This document shows, one piece after another, positions 19,608 to 29,277 of a stretch of DNA of 61,071 nucleotides. The notes under the pieces were generated by a model. The model had not been told where the DNA came from, ran no database searches, and was given only the letters and a program-made list of their open reading frames with translations. Each line of letters opens with the position of its first letter. The stretch's first letter is position 1. The DNA is from a virus (taxonomy: Duplodnaviria; Heunggongvirae; Uroviricota; Caudoviricetes): the IMG/VR virus record IMGVR_UViG_2778261463_000006, positions 1-61,071 of that record, one strand, 5' to 3'. Made by a program: the position numbers and the translations under genes.

Positions 19608-20647
19608 AAAAACCTCTCGTCACCCGTAATGACATAGCCGAAGCGATCGCCCTGCATACTGCCTGTATGTCGACACGGGAGATCCCCGGCGCAATTGCCA
19701 ACTATTTCATGATAACCAGACGTTTTTATACCCGAACAGATAAGGCTGTGATCAACAAGCTACTGATAGCCGAGATCAGGGATTATTTGATTGAACAAGG
19801 ACGTCTACGTTACGCAACAGTGGCAGCAGAAATGAGAAAGGAGGCACATAGAATGACCGGTAATAATTTAAATGTTGAAAAACCAGCACCTGTTGCTTCA
19901 GCTACGCCAGCACCAGCCGTGAATATCATCCCCAACACCGGAGACACAATCGACAGCCTGACACTGTTAAAGATGGTCAATGAAGCGCGTAAGTTATGTG
20001 GGGAACCAGAGGTTCGGAACAACAAATTCATCGAAAAAATACTCGACGAATTAGAAGGTGAGGACGGTTACACAAAAAGTGCAACCGTGCCGCCAGGTGG
20101 CGGTACGCCTATGGTTGTCATAACCATGACCTACAAACAAGCCCTGCGAGTCGCCGCACGCGAATCAAAAGCCGTCCGCCGTTCGCTGATCGACAAACTG
20201 GAAGAATTGCAGCAGGCAAACTCCCCTGCCCCATCGATCCCCCAAACATTACCAGAAGCTCTACGCCTGGCTGCCGAGTTGGCAGAACAGAAAATGCAGC
20301 TGGAACAACAGCTGGTGGCCGCAGCCCCTAAAGTCGATTTTGCCGACCGGGTATCAGTGGCCAATGGAATCCTGATCGGGAACTTTGCAAAGGTCGTTGG
20401 ACTTAAGCAAAACGCCCTTTTCTCATGGTTGCGCCAGAACGGCATTCTCATGGCTTTTGGTGCGCGCAAAAACGTACCGCGCCAGCAGTACATTAACGCC
20501 GGGTATTTCACGGTGAAAGAAGTGGTGCTGGATGATGAAAATGGCTACCAGATACGGCTGACGCCCCAATTAACGGGTAAAGGCCAGCAGTGGTTAACTC
20601 GCAAGCTACTTGATGCTGGTTTGTTAAAACCAGTAGCAATAGGTTAA
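19604..20647 (+). CDS. ant: Antirepressor Ant (347 aa) with KilA-C/ANT-type C-terminal domain
   Basis: C-terminal ~150 aa paralogous to KilA C-terminus (LPEALRLAAELAEQK...TGKGQQWL...LLDAG). Confidence 0.75.
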   Translation: MKKPLVTRNDIAEAIALHTACMSTREIPGAIANYFMITRRFYTRTDKAVINKLLIAEIRDYLIEQGRLRYATVAAEMRKEAHRMTGNNLNVEKPAPVASATPAPAVNIIPNTGDTIDSLTLLKMVNEARKLCGEPEVRNNKFIEKILDELEGEDGYTKSATVPPGGGTPMVVITMTYKQALRVAARESKAVRRSLIDKLEELQQANSPAPSIPQTLPEALRLAAELAEQKMQLEQQLVAAAPKVDFADRVSVANGILIGNFAKVVGLKQNALFSWLRQNGILMAFGARKNVPRQQYINAGYFTVKEVVLDDENGYQIRLTPQLTGKGQQWLTRKLLDAGLLKPVAIG

Positions 20648-20660
20648 CAAAAGAAAAAAA

Positions 20661-20686
20661 CCTGCCAGCAAACTGGCAGGTTTCTG
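20661..20686 (+). terminator. Rho-independent terminator after ant
   Basis: cctgccagca-aactggcagg hairpin followed by TTTCT; A-run before it. Confidence 0.65.
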
Positions 20687-20725
20687 AGCAGATCGACCAA
20701 CCCGATCTGGATCGAGTTAGAAAAA

Positions 20726-20742
20726 TTTGCTCTAATAAATTT
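20726..20742 (+). promoter_or_regulatory. C1 operator-like site upstream of kilA (Op53-like)
   Basis: TTTGCTCTAATAAATTT, 16/17 to consensus. Confidence 0.65.
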
Positions 20743-20811
20743 CGTTTTCTAAGTGCAAAGAATCACCATTTCGAGCTGGTGATTGAAGGTTGATGCAAAT
20801 TTGGAGAAAAA

Positions 20812-21612
20812 ATGCAACAAACATTCAATGCGGATATGAATATATCAAACCTTCATCAAAATGTCGATCCTTCAACCACTCTGCCCGTTATTTGTGGTGT
20901 TGAAATTACGACCGACCGCGCTGGCCGTTACAACCTTAATGCTCTACACAGAGCGAGCGGACTCGGTGCCCATAAAGCGCCAGCTCAATGGCTAAGAACG
21001 CTGTCAGCTAAACAGCTCATCGAAGAGCTTGAAAAAGAAACTATGCAGAATTGCATAGTTTCGTTCGAAGGCCGTGGCGGCGGCACTTTTGCCCATGAAT
21101 TGCTCGCAGTGGAGTACGCTGGTTGGATTTCTCCCGCGTTTCGGCTGAAGGTAAACCAGACATTTATCGACTATCGAGCCGGAAGATTACAACCTGCTAT
21201 TCCGCAGAGTCTCCCTGAAGCTCTCCGTTTGGCTGCCGACCTGGCAGAGCAAAAGCAACGGCTGGAACAAAAAATGCTTATGGATGCACCTAAAGTCGAA
21301 TTCGCCGAACGCGTTGCTACCGCCAGCGGGGTTCTAATCGGCAACTATGCCAAAGTGCTCGGTCTGGGCCAAAACTATCTCTTCACCTGGTTGCGTGATA
21401 ACGGAATTCTGATCGCAACCGGTGAACGCAGGAACGTCCCCAAACAAGAATACATATCCCGTGGGTATTTCACCCTTAAAGAAACCGTGATCGATACAAG
21501 CAATGGAAGCAGGATTTCTTTCACGACTCGTATAACCGGCAAAGGTCAGCAGTGGCTGATGAAGCGATTGCTTGATGCTGGTGTGCTGGTACCTGTCGCG
21601 GCAACGCGCTAA
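20812..21612 (+). CDS. kilA: KilA (KilA-N domain plus antirepressor-like C-terminal domain)
   Basis: N-terminal KilA-N-like segment RYNLNALHRASGLGAHKAPAQWLR; C-terminus paralogous to Ant. Confidence 0.75.
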   Translation: MQQTFNADMNISNLHQNVDPSTTLPVICGVEITTDRAGRYNLNALHRASGLGAHKAPAQWLRTLSAKQLIEELEKETMQNCIVSFEGRGGGTFAHELLAVEYAGWISPAFRLKVNQTFIDYRAGRLQPAIPQSLPEALRLAADLAEQKQRLEQKMLMDAPKVEFAERVATASGVLIGNYAKVLGLGQNYLFTWLRDNGILIATGERRNVPKQEYISRGYFTLKETVIDTSNGSRISFTTRITGKGQQWLMKRLLDAGVLVPVAATR

Positions 21613-21641
21613 CAGACGTAGTAAGAACCACCAGCATTGTA

Positions 21642-22487
21642 ATGCTGGCTAAAGTCACTTTCCTGAGCTGTATAACGATGAGCGATTTTACTTTTTCTGG
21701 CTATGAATTGGCCTGCTTTGTAACACACTCCGGTCTATCCCGTAGCGCCGGGCATATCCTGTCGCAATGTGCAAATCTCGCGGCAACAACCAGTGAATAC
21801 TTCATTCACAAGCCTCACCGCCTGATCGCGGCAGAAACTGGTTATAGCCAATCAACCGTCGTTCGTGCATTCCGTGAAGCTGTAAACAAAGGAATTCTGT
21901 CTGTAGAGATTGTTATCGGCGATCACCGTGAACGTCGCGCTAACCTGTACCGGTTTACACCATCCTTTTTGGCCTTCGCACAACAAGCCAAAAATGCGCT
22001 GATTGAAAGCAAATTAAAGATCTCTTCAGCGGCAACCAAGGTTAAAGCTGTTCTCGCTAAGACATTGGCTTTATTTAATTTTTTATCCACACCCCCATGT
22101 CAAAATGATACCCCCTCCCCCTGTCAGGATGACGTGGCAATAAAGAATAAGAAGTCACAAGTTAAAAAAACAAAAAGATCAGTTTCCGGCGGTGCCGGAA
22201 CGACCAGACTCAAAAAATTGACTTCATGGATCGCTGAGGCAAAAGCAAAGGCTGACAATCTGCGGTTATCCAAAAAACGCGCTCAAAAACATGAGTTCAA
22301 GCAGAAAGTAGAGGCGGCAGCGCGGAAATATGCTTACCTGAAGAACAAGCGTTCTCCTGATATTGGCGGGGTATCAAACTTCGATAATCTGCCGCATTGC
22401 ATGACGGTAAACGAAGCTCTTAATGCGGTTTTAGCCAAAAATAAAGATAACGAACAATGGGGTATACCGGCAGGATTCAGAGGGTGA
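21642..22487 (+). CDS. repL: RepL-like lytic replication initiator (281 aa)
   Basis: 281-aa ORF directly downstream of kilA, basic central region; assignment by P1 kilA-repL synteny. Confidence 0.6.
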   Translation: MLAKVTFLSCITMSDFTFSGYELACFVTHSGLSRSAGHILSQCANLAATTSEYFIHKPHRLIAAETGYSQSTVVRAFREAVNKGILSVEIVIGDHRERRANLYRFTPSFLAFAQQAKNALIESKLKISSAATKVKAVLAKTLALFNFLSTPPCQNDTPSPCQDDVAIKNKKSQVKKTKRSVSGGAGTTRLKKLTSWIAEAKAKADNLRLSKKRAQKHEFKQKVEAAARKYAYLKNKRSPDIGGVSNFDNLPHCMTVNEALNAVLAKNKDNEQWGIPAGFRG

Positions 22488-22537
22488 TAGATTGCTCTAA
22501 TCTGGAGTCACCTGGCGTTTTCAGTTTGAGGTCGGAG

Positions 22538-22783
22538 ATGCAATCTGATTTTTTACAGTTAGCGATCGCTTTTGCAGGATATGTTTGTATTGGCTTCTGT
22601 GTATACATGATCAGCCGAAAAATGCTTGTCGATATCGACCGCAAAGAACGAGCAGAGGAGATCTTAGTATGGATTTTCTTTGGCGCGGTCTGGCCATTAG
22701 GGATCATGTTTGCTGCAACATTTCTTCTGATGTGGATATTCACCCTTCCAGGTGATTTCTATAGAAAAAAAGCCAGACATTGA
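22538..22783 (+). CDS. Small membrane protein (about 81 aa from internal Met)
   Basis: Two hydrophobic segments; ORF track extends to 22457 overlapping repL. Confidence 0.4.
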   Translation: MQSDFLQLAIAFAGYVCIGFCVYMISRKMLVDIDRKERAEEILVWIFFGAVWPLGIMFAATFLLMWIFTLPGDFYRKKARH

Positions 22784-22965
22784 TACACCCGCTGCGGTGT
22801 GCTTGAGGCTATCTGCTTCAGGCATTCCCCGAAAAGCAGATAGAAGAAAGCCCCAGTAAACATTATGCGTCCCGCACAACGCTTAACATTAACCGGGGCC
22901 ATACCTATGCTTAGCATACGTAGATTAACCCTCTCCCCTTTTAAGGAGCAAGGAATTTTTTACTG

Positions 22966-23598
22966 CTATGCCGCCTTTCCAGTTATGGATTCTGCGACAA
23001 GAACAACCCCATGCTTACTTCGATCCGGATGTTCACTCCATATCTCGGATTCAGGAATACTTTTCCCGTCATAGCAAACACGTTCGCCGTCAAACGGGTA
23101 ATACTGAGCAGCATCGGTGTCGAGGATAAACACTTTTAGCTCGGAAGAGCGACGGGCGATATGTTGCCAAAGAGCTTTTCCACCTTCGTATTGCTCATTA
23201 TCACTGAGCAAAACAACACCAGCTTTTGAGGCTACGGTTTCGTAAACAAAAGTAGCTAAACCGACATCCCGGACAGTTCCATCAACCACGATACCTTCAA
23301 TCTGGCCAACATCGCTATCCTCCCAGAACTTCCTTACCAGTACGCCTTCAAGCTGCGGGCGACGTTGAAGTTCAAGAGTAGCGACAACCTTATGCCGCAT
23401 ATCACCATCGATAACAGAAGGCGCAGCCTCTATTACAGCTGCAAATGGGGTTTTGGAATCCCATATAACCTGGTAAAGCACACCCTGGATGGTAACTCCG
23501 TCCAGGATCGAAAATCGACGAGCGACAGTACCCGGGGAGTACGACATTGGAATCACAGCCATTTTAGAGTCCCCCTTTAACAGTACAGGCACAAACAT
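22966..23598 (-). CDS. Hypothetical protein (about 198-210 aa)
   Basis: Clean ORF; C1 operator-like site in its upstream region. Confidence 0.5.
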   Translation of the reverse strand: MFVPVLLKGDSKMAVIPMSYSPGTVARRFSILDGVTIQGVLYQVIWDSKTPFAAVIEAAPSVIDGDMRHKVVATLELQRRPQLEGVLVRKFWEDSDVGQIEGIVVDGTVRDVGLATFVYETVASKAGVVLLSDNEQYEGGKALWQHIARRSSELKVFILDTDAAQYYPFDGERVCYDGKSIPESEIWSEHPDRSKHGVVLVAESITGKAA

Positions 23599-23625
23599 CT
23601 ACCTCAATAATTGTAGTTTATTAGA

Positions 23626-23642
23626 ACATTAATAATCTAACA
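23626..23642 (-). promoter_or_regulatory. C1 operator-like site (minus orientation) upstream of 22966-23598 gene
   Basis: Reverse complement AATGTTCTAATAAACTA, about 14/17 to consensus. Confidence 0.4.
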
Positions 23643-23733
23643 TAAAACTCCAGACAATGTTATCGATGCATTTTTATATAAAATAGTTATAAAAAAAGCT
23701 CCCGAAGGAGCTTTAAAATACAAGGGATGGCTC

Positions 23734-24243
23734 TTAATCCCAATCAATCCAGTTGTAGACGATACGAAGTGACGGGCGCACAGCGGCAGTCACATCTTCG
23801 GTACTAAAGTCGATTGCATCACTGTAGATTTTGCAGTCCAACATTTCAATTGTTGTAGCAGCTTTAGTCACAGCGTTAACCCCGGAAGATTTGGATTCAG
23901 GGGTCGCAGCCATCGTGATATCAACATAGTCCTTCGCCGCAATGCGATCCTTAATGAACTGAAGAATATCGCCTTCGATAGTCTCCACGCACTGGACCTG
24001 GATTTCCCCAGAGTTTCGAATTGGACCGTGCTGGTTGAACTTCACACCATTCGGACCATAGTCCTCCACATCCTCGCGGGTCATTTCAGGAATTTGCGAC
24101 GTGCGAACCAGTACGCTGATATCTTCATGGCCTGCAAAAGTGAGCTGGAATTCAGAAGATACCAGTCGTTCGCCTTTGGCCGCGTTGGCAGTATAGCGGC
24201 CCTTAATAAATTTACGGTTTCCCTTAGTGTTATTGTGCCCCAT
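23734..24243 (-). CDS. Tail tube-like protein candidate (169 aa)
   Basis: Size and C-terminal character resemble myovirus tube proteins; not verified. Confidence 0.4.
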   Translation of the reverse strand: MGHNNTKGNRKFIKGRYTANAAKGERLVSSEFQLTFAGHEDISVLVRTSQIPEMTREDVEDYGPNGVKFNQHGPIRNSGEIQVQCVETIEGDILQFIKDRIAAKDYVDITMAATPESKSSGVNAVTKAATTIEMLDCKIYSDAIDFSTEDVTAAVRPSLRIVYNWIDWD

Positions 24244-24254
24244 ATAAAATCCTT

Positions 24255-24836
24255 TTACTGGAACGCCCGAACAATATCGGAGCTGTTATATATCGAAGAA
24301 CCGGTCAACTGGAGGTTGACGGTGTTTTTCAGGAAATATCCATTACTGTCCCTTGGCGCATCGAGATCAAAACTTAAGTCCTGGATAGCGACATCGGTGA
24401 TGTTGATCCGGCGACCAATGTTTAGCGTCACACGTTCCGGGATTCGACCACCAACATTGGCCGCTTTTAGTTCCGGGCTAATCATGGCTGTCAACGCGGC
24501 GATAGCGCCTGAAACTTCAATGAATGGATTGTTCAAAGCAATGAAAGTTACGGGCAGCGTGAACGTCGGCGGTGTCCCCCCTTCCCAAACCATTAAGCTG
24601 TTCCAACGGGCAACCGACGTTGTTTCAGTACCAACCTGCGCAAAACCACTGAAAGCACCAGCAACAGACCCCATGGACATACCGGTAAACGGCGCTTCCC
24701 AATTCTGGGCCATATTCATTGCTGCCCCCTGGCTGATATATCCGGTAACCTGGTACTGAGAGTTCGTTAAAGTAACTTTCAGAAATGGCGATACACCGTC
24801 AGCCTGGCTGTAAACCCCATAAGGTATAGGTGCCAT
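24255..24836 (-). CDS. Structural protein (193 aa)
   Basis: ORF tightly spaced in late structural block. Confidence 0.45.
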   Translation of the reverse strand: MAPIPYGVYSQADGVSPFLKVTLTNSQYQVTGYISQGAAMNMAQNWEAPFTGMSMGSVAGAFSGFAQVGTETTSVARWNSLMVWEGGTPPTFTLPVTFIALNNPFIEVSGAIAALTAMISPELKAANVGGRIPERVTLNIGRRINITDVAIQDLSFDLDAPRDSNGYFLKNTVNLQLTGSSIYNSSDIVRAFQ

Positions 24837-24871
24837 TCAAGTTAAAGGCCGGAGTTCTCCGGCCTCCTCCT

Positions 24872-25687
24872 TTAGCCAAGGCGCTTACGGCGCAGTTTCA
24901 TTGACTTTTTGCGGGCAAGTTTTGCCGCGCCGGTCTGGGCTTTTCGACGCGCTTTTTTCAGCGCCGATTTTTGAGCCGCAGTCAGACGTTTTTTACGCAG
25001 GCGTTTACGGATGAGTTTGATCTCACCGTTACGAACAACCTTCTTAAATGCTTCAGTCAGCATTTCATCAGAAGTGCCAGCTACAACAAACGCCGCTTCC
25101 AGTTCGTCACGGTCGTCGCTATCTAAACCAGCGATAGAGGCACCAACATCAGCTGCTGCGTCGTCGTCTTCATCGTCAGCCAGTGCTTCGATCAGGTCAT
25201 CATCTACACCGCATGCTGCGAGGAAGTCAGCAACATTTGCCCATGCTTCGTTATAGGCATCGTCCTGTTCTTCTGTAACTTCGGCGTCGTCGTCATCAGA
25301 GATACCAGCGATAGCCTGAACGAAACCATCAAGGGAGTCGAAAGTCAGATCACCGCTATCAGCCCAGGCGAAAACGGCGTCGGCCGCATCACTCAACGCA
25401 TTCTGCATAGCACTTCGATTTGCAGCTTCCAGAATCATCTGGTGCGCCTGTTCGACGGTCCATTCTTTACCGTCTTTCCCTTCCAGGATTTGCTCAGGAG
25501 CCGGGGCAGATGGAACGTTATCGTTAGTCTGTGCCGCCGGTTCCGGATTATTATTAATAACCGGATCTGTTGGCGGTTCGGCGCTTGCTCGGGCAGACTC
25601 CATCAGCTGCACAGGATCAGAGTTCAAAGCGAAACGGGACAGTCCATTCCCCAAAAATGCCCCGGATTGAAAAAAGTTTTTGCTCAT
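24872..25687 (-). CDS. Acidic protein with strongly basic C-terminal tail (271 aa), possible scaffold/internal protein
   Basis: Central D/E-rich tract and C-terminal K/R-rich 50 aa. Confidence 0.5.
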   Translation of the reverse strand: MSKNFFQSGAFLGNGLSRFALNSDPVQLMESARASAEPPTDPVINNNPEPAAQTNDNVPSAPAPEQILEGKDGKEWTVEQAHQMILEAANRSAMQNALSDAADAVFAWADSGDLTFDSLDGFVQAIAGISDDDDAEVTEEQDDAYNEAWANVADFLAACGVDDDLIEALADDEDDDAAADVGASIAGLDSDDRDELEAAFVVAGTSDEMLTEAFKKVVRNGEIKLIRKRLRKKRLTAAQKSALKKARRKAQTGAAKLARKKSMKLRRKRLG

Positions 25688-25696
25688 TGTATTCCC

Positions 25697-27286
25697 TTAC
25701 TTAATAAGCAGCGGTACGCCCTGGATACGACGGGCTACGCCAGTCGGGCAGCAGGCCCAGACTACTTCCCATTTATCGAATTCCGCCTGCGTAACTTTCA
25801 GCACATACGGTTCTGTACCGTCAGCATCAGGATCACGAGGAGCCACCAGAGCGCCGGAGGCGACAAAGCGATCTAAAAGTTTGGTCATCCCTTTAGTCAG
25901 GCCAGCCGCAGTAATACCGTCCGGGCTATGCTTCATCTGTCGGGCTAACTGGACAAAGAAACGGCTGATTGCATTCATCAGGGATGGGACGTGCTGGAAG
26001 TGCAGATAGTTATCCTGCGTGCAGCAAGTTAAAGCATCGTCGATGATCATCTGGCCAGAGGTGCCAACAGATACTTTATTGAGACGGCCCTTGACCATTG
26101 CTTCTTCGTCCGGGGTATCTTCCGGATACAGCGGTTGAATTGACGCACGAGCAATGACGGCACGTTCTTCACCAGCCGGTGAGTAATGCCAACCGCCGAC
26201 ATCAGAGTTTTTCTTGACGCCGCGAGCTTTCGCCGCATACGCCGCGCCAGACAGACCGAAGACCACACGGGATTGGGTCCATTTGTCTTTGCAGGAGAAC
26301 GGGAAGTGATAGACAGCACAGCTTACATAATCGGTACCAAGTAAACCGGTATCTTCAACAGCAGAGATCGCTTCCGTGTACGTCAATGTCGGTTTGACAT
26401 CAAAGAAGCCATCAATCAGGCGATCTGCACAGATTTTACCTAATGCGGTGATAGCCGCATTGTCATAGCAGCCCAGGCCAAGAACAGCGGTGTACATGTA
26501 CGGCGCATTATTCAGCACTTTAACCGCACGTAGGTACGCAGCGGTTGAGATTTTCGACTGATCACCGTTGGTACCACCAGTGAACGCCAGCGATTTTTTA
26601 TTTGTTACTTTCGCCGTCGAAATCAGCTCTTCATTAACAACCGCGCGCAGATATTTAGAACGGGCTTCCAGAGCCGTAGGCAGATAACACAAGCGGCCCA
26701 TGTCATCTTTCGCTTCTTCCGCCAAAGATACAGTGTGTGTCTCCAGGGTCGTTACCACGCCGAGCGAAGTCGTCTGGGTCAGTTTTAAGAGGAAGCGTTC
26801 ATTACCCGCGCTATCCGCTGTTGCCGTTTCGATGGTTAACTCACGGGTAGGTGAAATACACGGATCACCATCATCAACGTAGATAGCAAAGGCTTCGCCA
26901 CTATCAAGTTCAATTTCAGAACCGTATGGCAACGCACTGTAAGCCGGTTCGCCTGATTCATCGAACATAATAATCGGGAACTTCGCATCATCCGGAACAG
27001 CACGAACAACATAACCAGACGTTTGCTGAATAGCTTCGTACACATGACGAATTGGTTCGAACTGTGAGCCGGAAGACGGCTTCAGCGGTTCGCCGAGAAC
27101 ATCTTCGTAATTGGACTCAGTAACCGCCAGAACAGTAAACGGCTTGCCACGCGCAAATACGCCAATACCAGCCCACAAGCTGCTATTTAATGCAACACCG
27201 GTAGATAACGTCGCATCGGCATTGATCGGGCTAACCGCGACGCCGGATGCATTACCTAATGACTGTTGAATTGAATATTGAGACAT
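25697..27286 (-). CDS. Tail sheath protein candidate (P1 gp22-like, 529 aa)
   Basis: Large ORF directly downstream of capsid gene; assignment by size and P1 order 22-23-parS. Confidence 0.5.
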   Translation of the reverse strand: MSQYSIQQSLGNASGVAVSPINADATLSTGVALNSSLWAGIGVFARGKPFTVLAVTESNYEDVLGEPLKPSSGSQFEPIRHVYEAIQQTSGYVVRAVPDDAKFPIIMFDESGEPAYSALPYGSEIELDSGEAFAIYVDDGDPCISPTRELTIETATADSAGNERFLLKLTQTTSLGVVTTLETHTVSLAEEAKDDMGRLCYLPTALEARSKYLRAVVNEELISTAKVTNKKSLAFTGGTNGDQSKISTAAYLRAVKVLNNAPYMYTAVLGLGCYDNAAITALGKICADRLIDGFFDVKPTLTYTEAISAVEDTGLLGTDYVSCAVYHFPFSCKDKWTQSRVVFGLSGAAYAAKARGVKKNSDVGGWHYSPAGEERAVIARASIQPLYPEDTPDEEAMVKGRLNKVSVGTSGQMIIDDALTCCTQDNYLHFQHVPSLMNAISRFFVQLARQMKHSPDGITAAGLTKGMTKLLDRFVASGALVAPRDPDADGTEPYVLKVTQAEFDKWEVVWACCPTGVARRIQGVPLLIK

Positions 27287-27346
27287 AACTTTCCCTGTTA
27301 TGCGCCCCGCACGGGGGCGCTATGTTAAACGGAGAACTTCCCCTGA

Positions 27347-29074
27347 TTACTCAGAGTCACCGGCATCAATCGTGTCGCCGCTTATGAAGTTAAGCCCGCC
27401 TTTTTTGGCCATTGTCAGCGTTACACGAGTGAAGTAATCAGCGCCGTTGCGTGGGTGCATATCGTTGATAGCCGAACCCCACAGCGTGGTACGGTTGACC
27501 AGCGCCGGAGTGGTCGGATGCTGGAACGGGATGGCCGGGACAGCATCACCAGTCACGAAGCCTGCTTTACCCGGATTTTCATCACGGACGTAGCACAGCA
27601 CATCCATCGAGCTGAACTGAATGTTCTCTGTCGTTAAGTTCTTACAAATACCAGCAGGTACTTCGTACACTTTCACGTTACCGAACAGGGTACCGATGTA
27701 GTGAACATACGGAGTCTGGATATAGTCTTCGGCTGGCTGGAAGAAATCCTTCGGCAACTGTTTGAAGAAAGATGCTGCATCAGCACCAGCAAACATCCCC
27801 ATCGCACCAGAAGATTTAACGCGCTCAATAATGTCGCGATATACAGTCTGGAATTTGCCACGAATGATGGTTGCCCATACATCAAAGGACTGGTTAACCG
27901 GCAGAGCGATGTCAAAGGTGTCGGTCGCAAGAGTGCGCCAGATCATGATGCGAAGACGCAGCATATCCTGTTCATGAGACAGGTATTCCTTCAGGGTGCG
28001 GAACTGTAGGGACCCCAGGTCCAGACCAAATTCACGCTGTGCTTCATACGCCGCCTGTACCGTGTGCTCAGCCGCGATAACGAACTGACTTGGGAACAGG
28101 GTGTATTTCTTCATTTCGTGGTTGATCAGCGGGATCAGCTCAGGAGCGGCTTCAATATTGATTTCCGTCTCAATTGCGATCTCAGTGCCTTTATCCGGCG
28201 CTTTGGAGAACGACAGGGCAATCTGACCAATGTTGTAGTTCAGAGAGCAGGTAACAGTGATTTGCTCACCAGCAGCATTAGTAAACGAGTGAAGTAGGCT
28301 GCCGGAACCGTTATCAACAACAGACTTAATACGGTTAACGTAGATGTTAGTGCGACCTTTTCGGATTGGTACATTCTGGCCTTCGAAGTCTTCCATCTTG
28401 AAGGTTGCGGTTTTGCTGGTGCCATCGGAGCTTGCCACCAGCACATAGCGGCGACGTAACTGGCTGTACACACCGACGGATTGCATGTCCAGAACATCAC
28501 CAGCAGCATAAGAACCAAAAGAGGAACCTGCCACGTTAAAGACTTCATAGATGTCGGACTGGTCACGCGTAACCGGAATGAAGGTACACGCATCAGCGGT
28601 AGCTGCCCCCAACTGAACAGGCAGGATCATCGCGAGGAATAAAGGCAGACGCATAACACCGTCAGAAACGCTCATCATCTCTGCTGCGACGGATTCCAGC
28701 ATCGCTTTATTAGTGGCATCCATGCTATTGCGGGTGGACTCAATCAGGCAGTTTTCCAGCGTCTGGTGGCAGGAGGCCAGAATTTCCGGACGCGGCATAG
28801 ATTTATGTGCTGCGGCGTAGTCAGCCAGTGCACTTGCCCACGCTGTAGCGATTTGAGCGGTGGCATTATCAGAGATACCCGCAAAAACCGGGTCTTTACG
28901 TGCAGCTTCAAGGATAGATGCGGCACGCGCGGCATCATCTTTAATGAATTGGTTATCAGTACCGAACTGCGCAGTGCTTGCCCAGCCAAGCACAGCTTTA
29001 GAGCGTTTTGCGATATCTGCAATACGATTCTGGTATTCGCGTAAGTTACTCAATTTACTCTTCCTTAAACACAA
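27347..29074 (-). CDS. Major capsid protein candidate (P1 gp23-like, 575 aa; likely TTG start near 29053)
   Basis: Large ORF adjacent to parS as gene 23 is in P1; RBS GGAAGAG precedes TTG at 29053. Confidence 0.5.
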   Translation of the reverse strand: MCLRKSKLSNLREYQNRIADIAKRSKAVLGWASTAQFGTDNQFIKDDAARAASILEAARKDPVFAGISDNATAQIATAWASALADYAAAHKSMPRPEILASCHQTLENCLIESTRNSMDATNKAMLESVAAEMMSVSDGVMRLPLFLAMILPVQLGAATADACTFIPVTRDQSDIYEVFNVAGSSFGSYAAGDVLDMQSVGVYSQLRRRYVLVASSDGTSKTATFKMEDFEGQNVPIRKGRTNIYVNRIKSVVDNGSGSLLHSFTNAAGEQITVTCSLNYNIGQIALSFSKAPDKGTEIAIETEINIEAAPELIPLINHEMKKYTLFPSQFVIAAEHTVQAAYEAQREFGLDLGSLQFRTLKEYLSHEQDMLRLRIMIWRTLATDTFDIALPVNQSFDVWATIIRGKFQTVYRDIIERVKSSGAMGMFAGADAASFFKQLPKDFFQPAEDYIQTPYVHYIGTLFGNVKVYEVPAGICKNLTTENIQFSSMDVLCYVRDENPGKAGFVTGDAVPAIPFQHPTTPALVNRTTLWGSAINDMHPRNGADYFTRVTLTMAKKGGLNFISGDTIDAGDSE

Positions 29075-29190
29075 GGCACTTGTGTGAATCCCTTTTCGGA
29101 AGAGATTTTATTGAAAGTCACTTGTTGACTTTCTCGTGACAAGCAATTTTTTTATTTTTTCGGGAGGAGGGGAGGAAGGTAAAATCCAAG

Positions 29191-29274
29191 GTGAAATCGT
29201 GGCGATTTCACCTTGAAATTTTAGAGTAATTTACTTTAAAAACAGTCAGTTAATAGTGAAATTTGAATGGCGAA
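29191..29274. other. parS: parS partition (centromere) site
   Basis: Heptamer boxes GTGAAAT/ATTTCAC and hexamer TGGCGA on both arms flanking an AT-rich IHF-like core; downstream of parB. Confidence 0.65.
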
Positions 29275-29277
29275 AGT

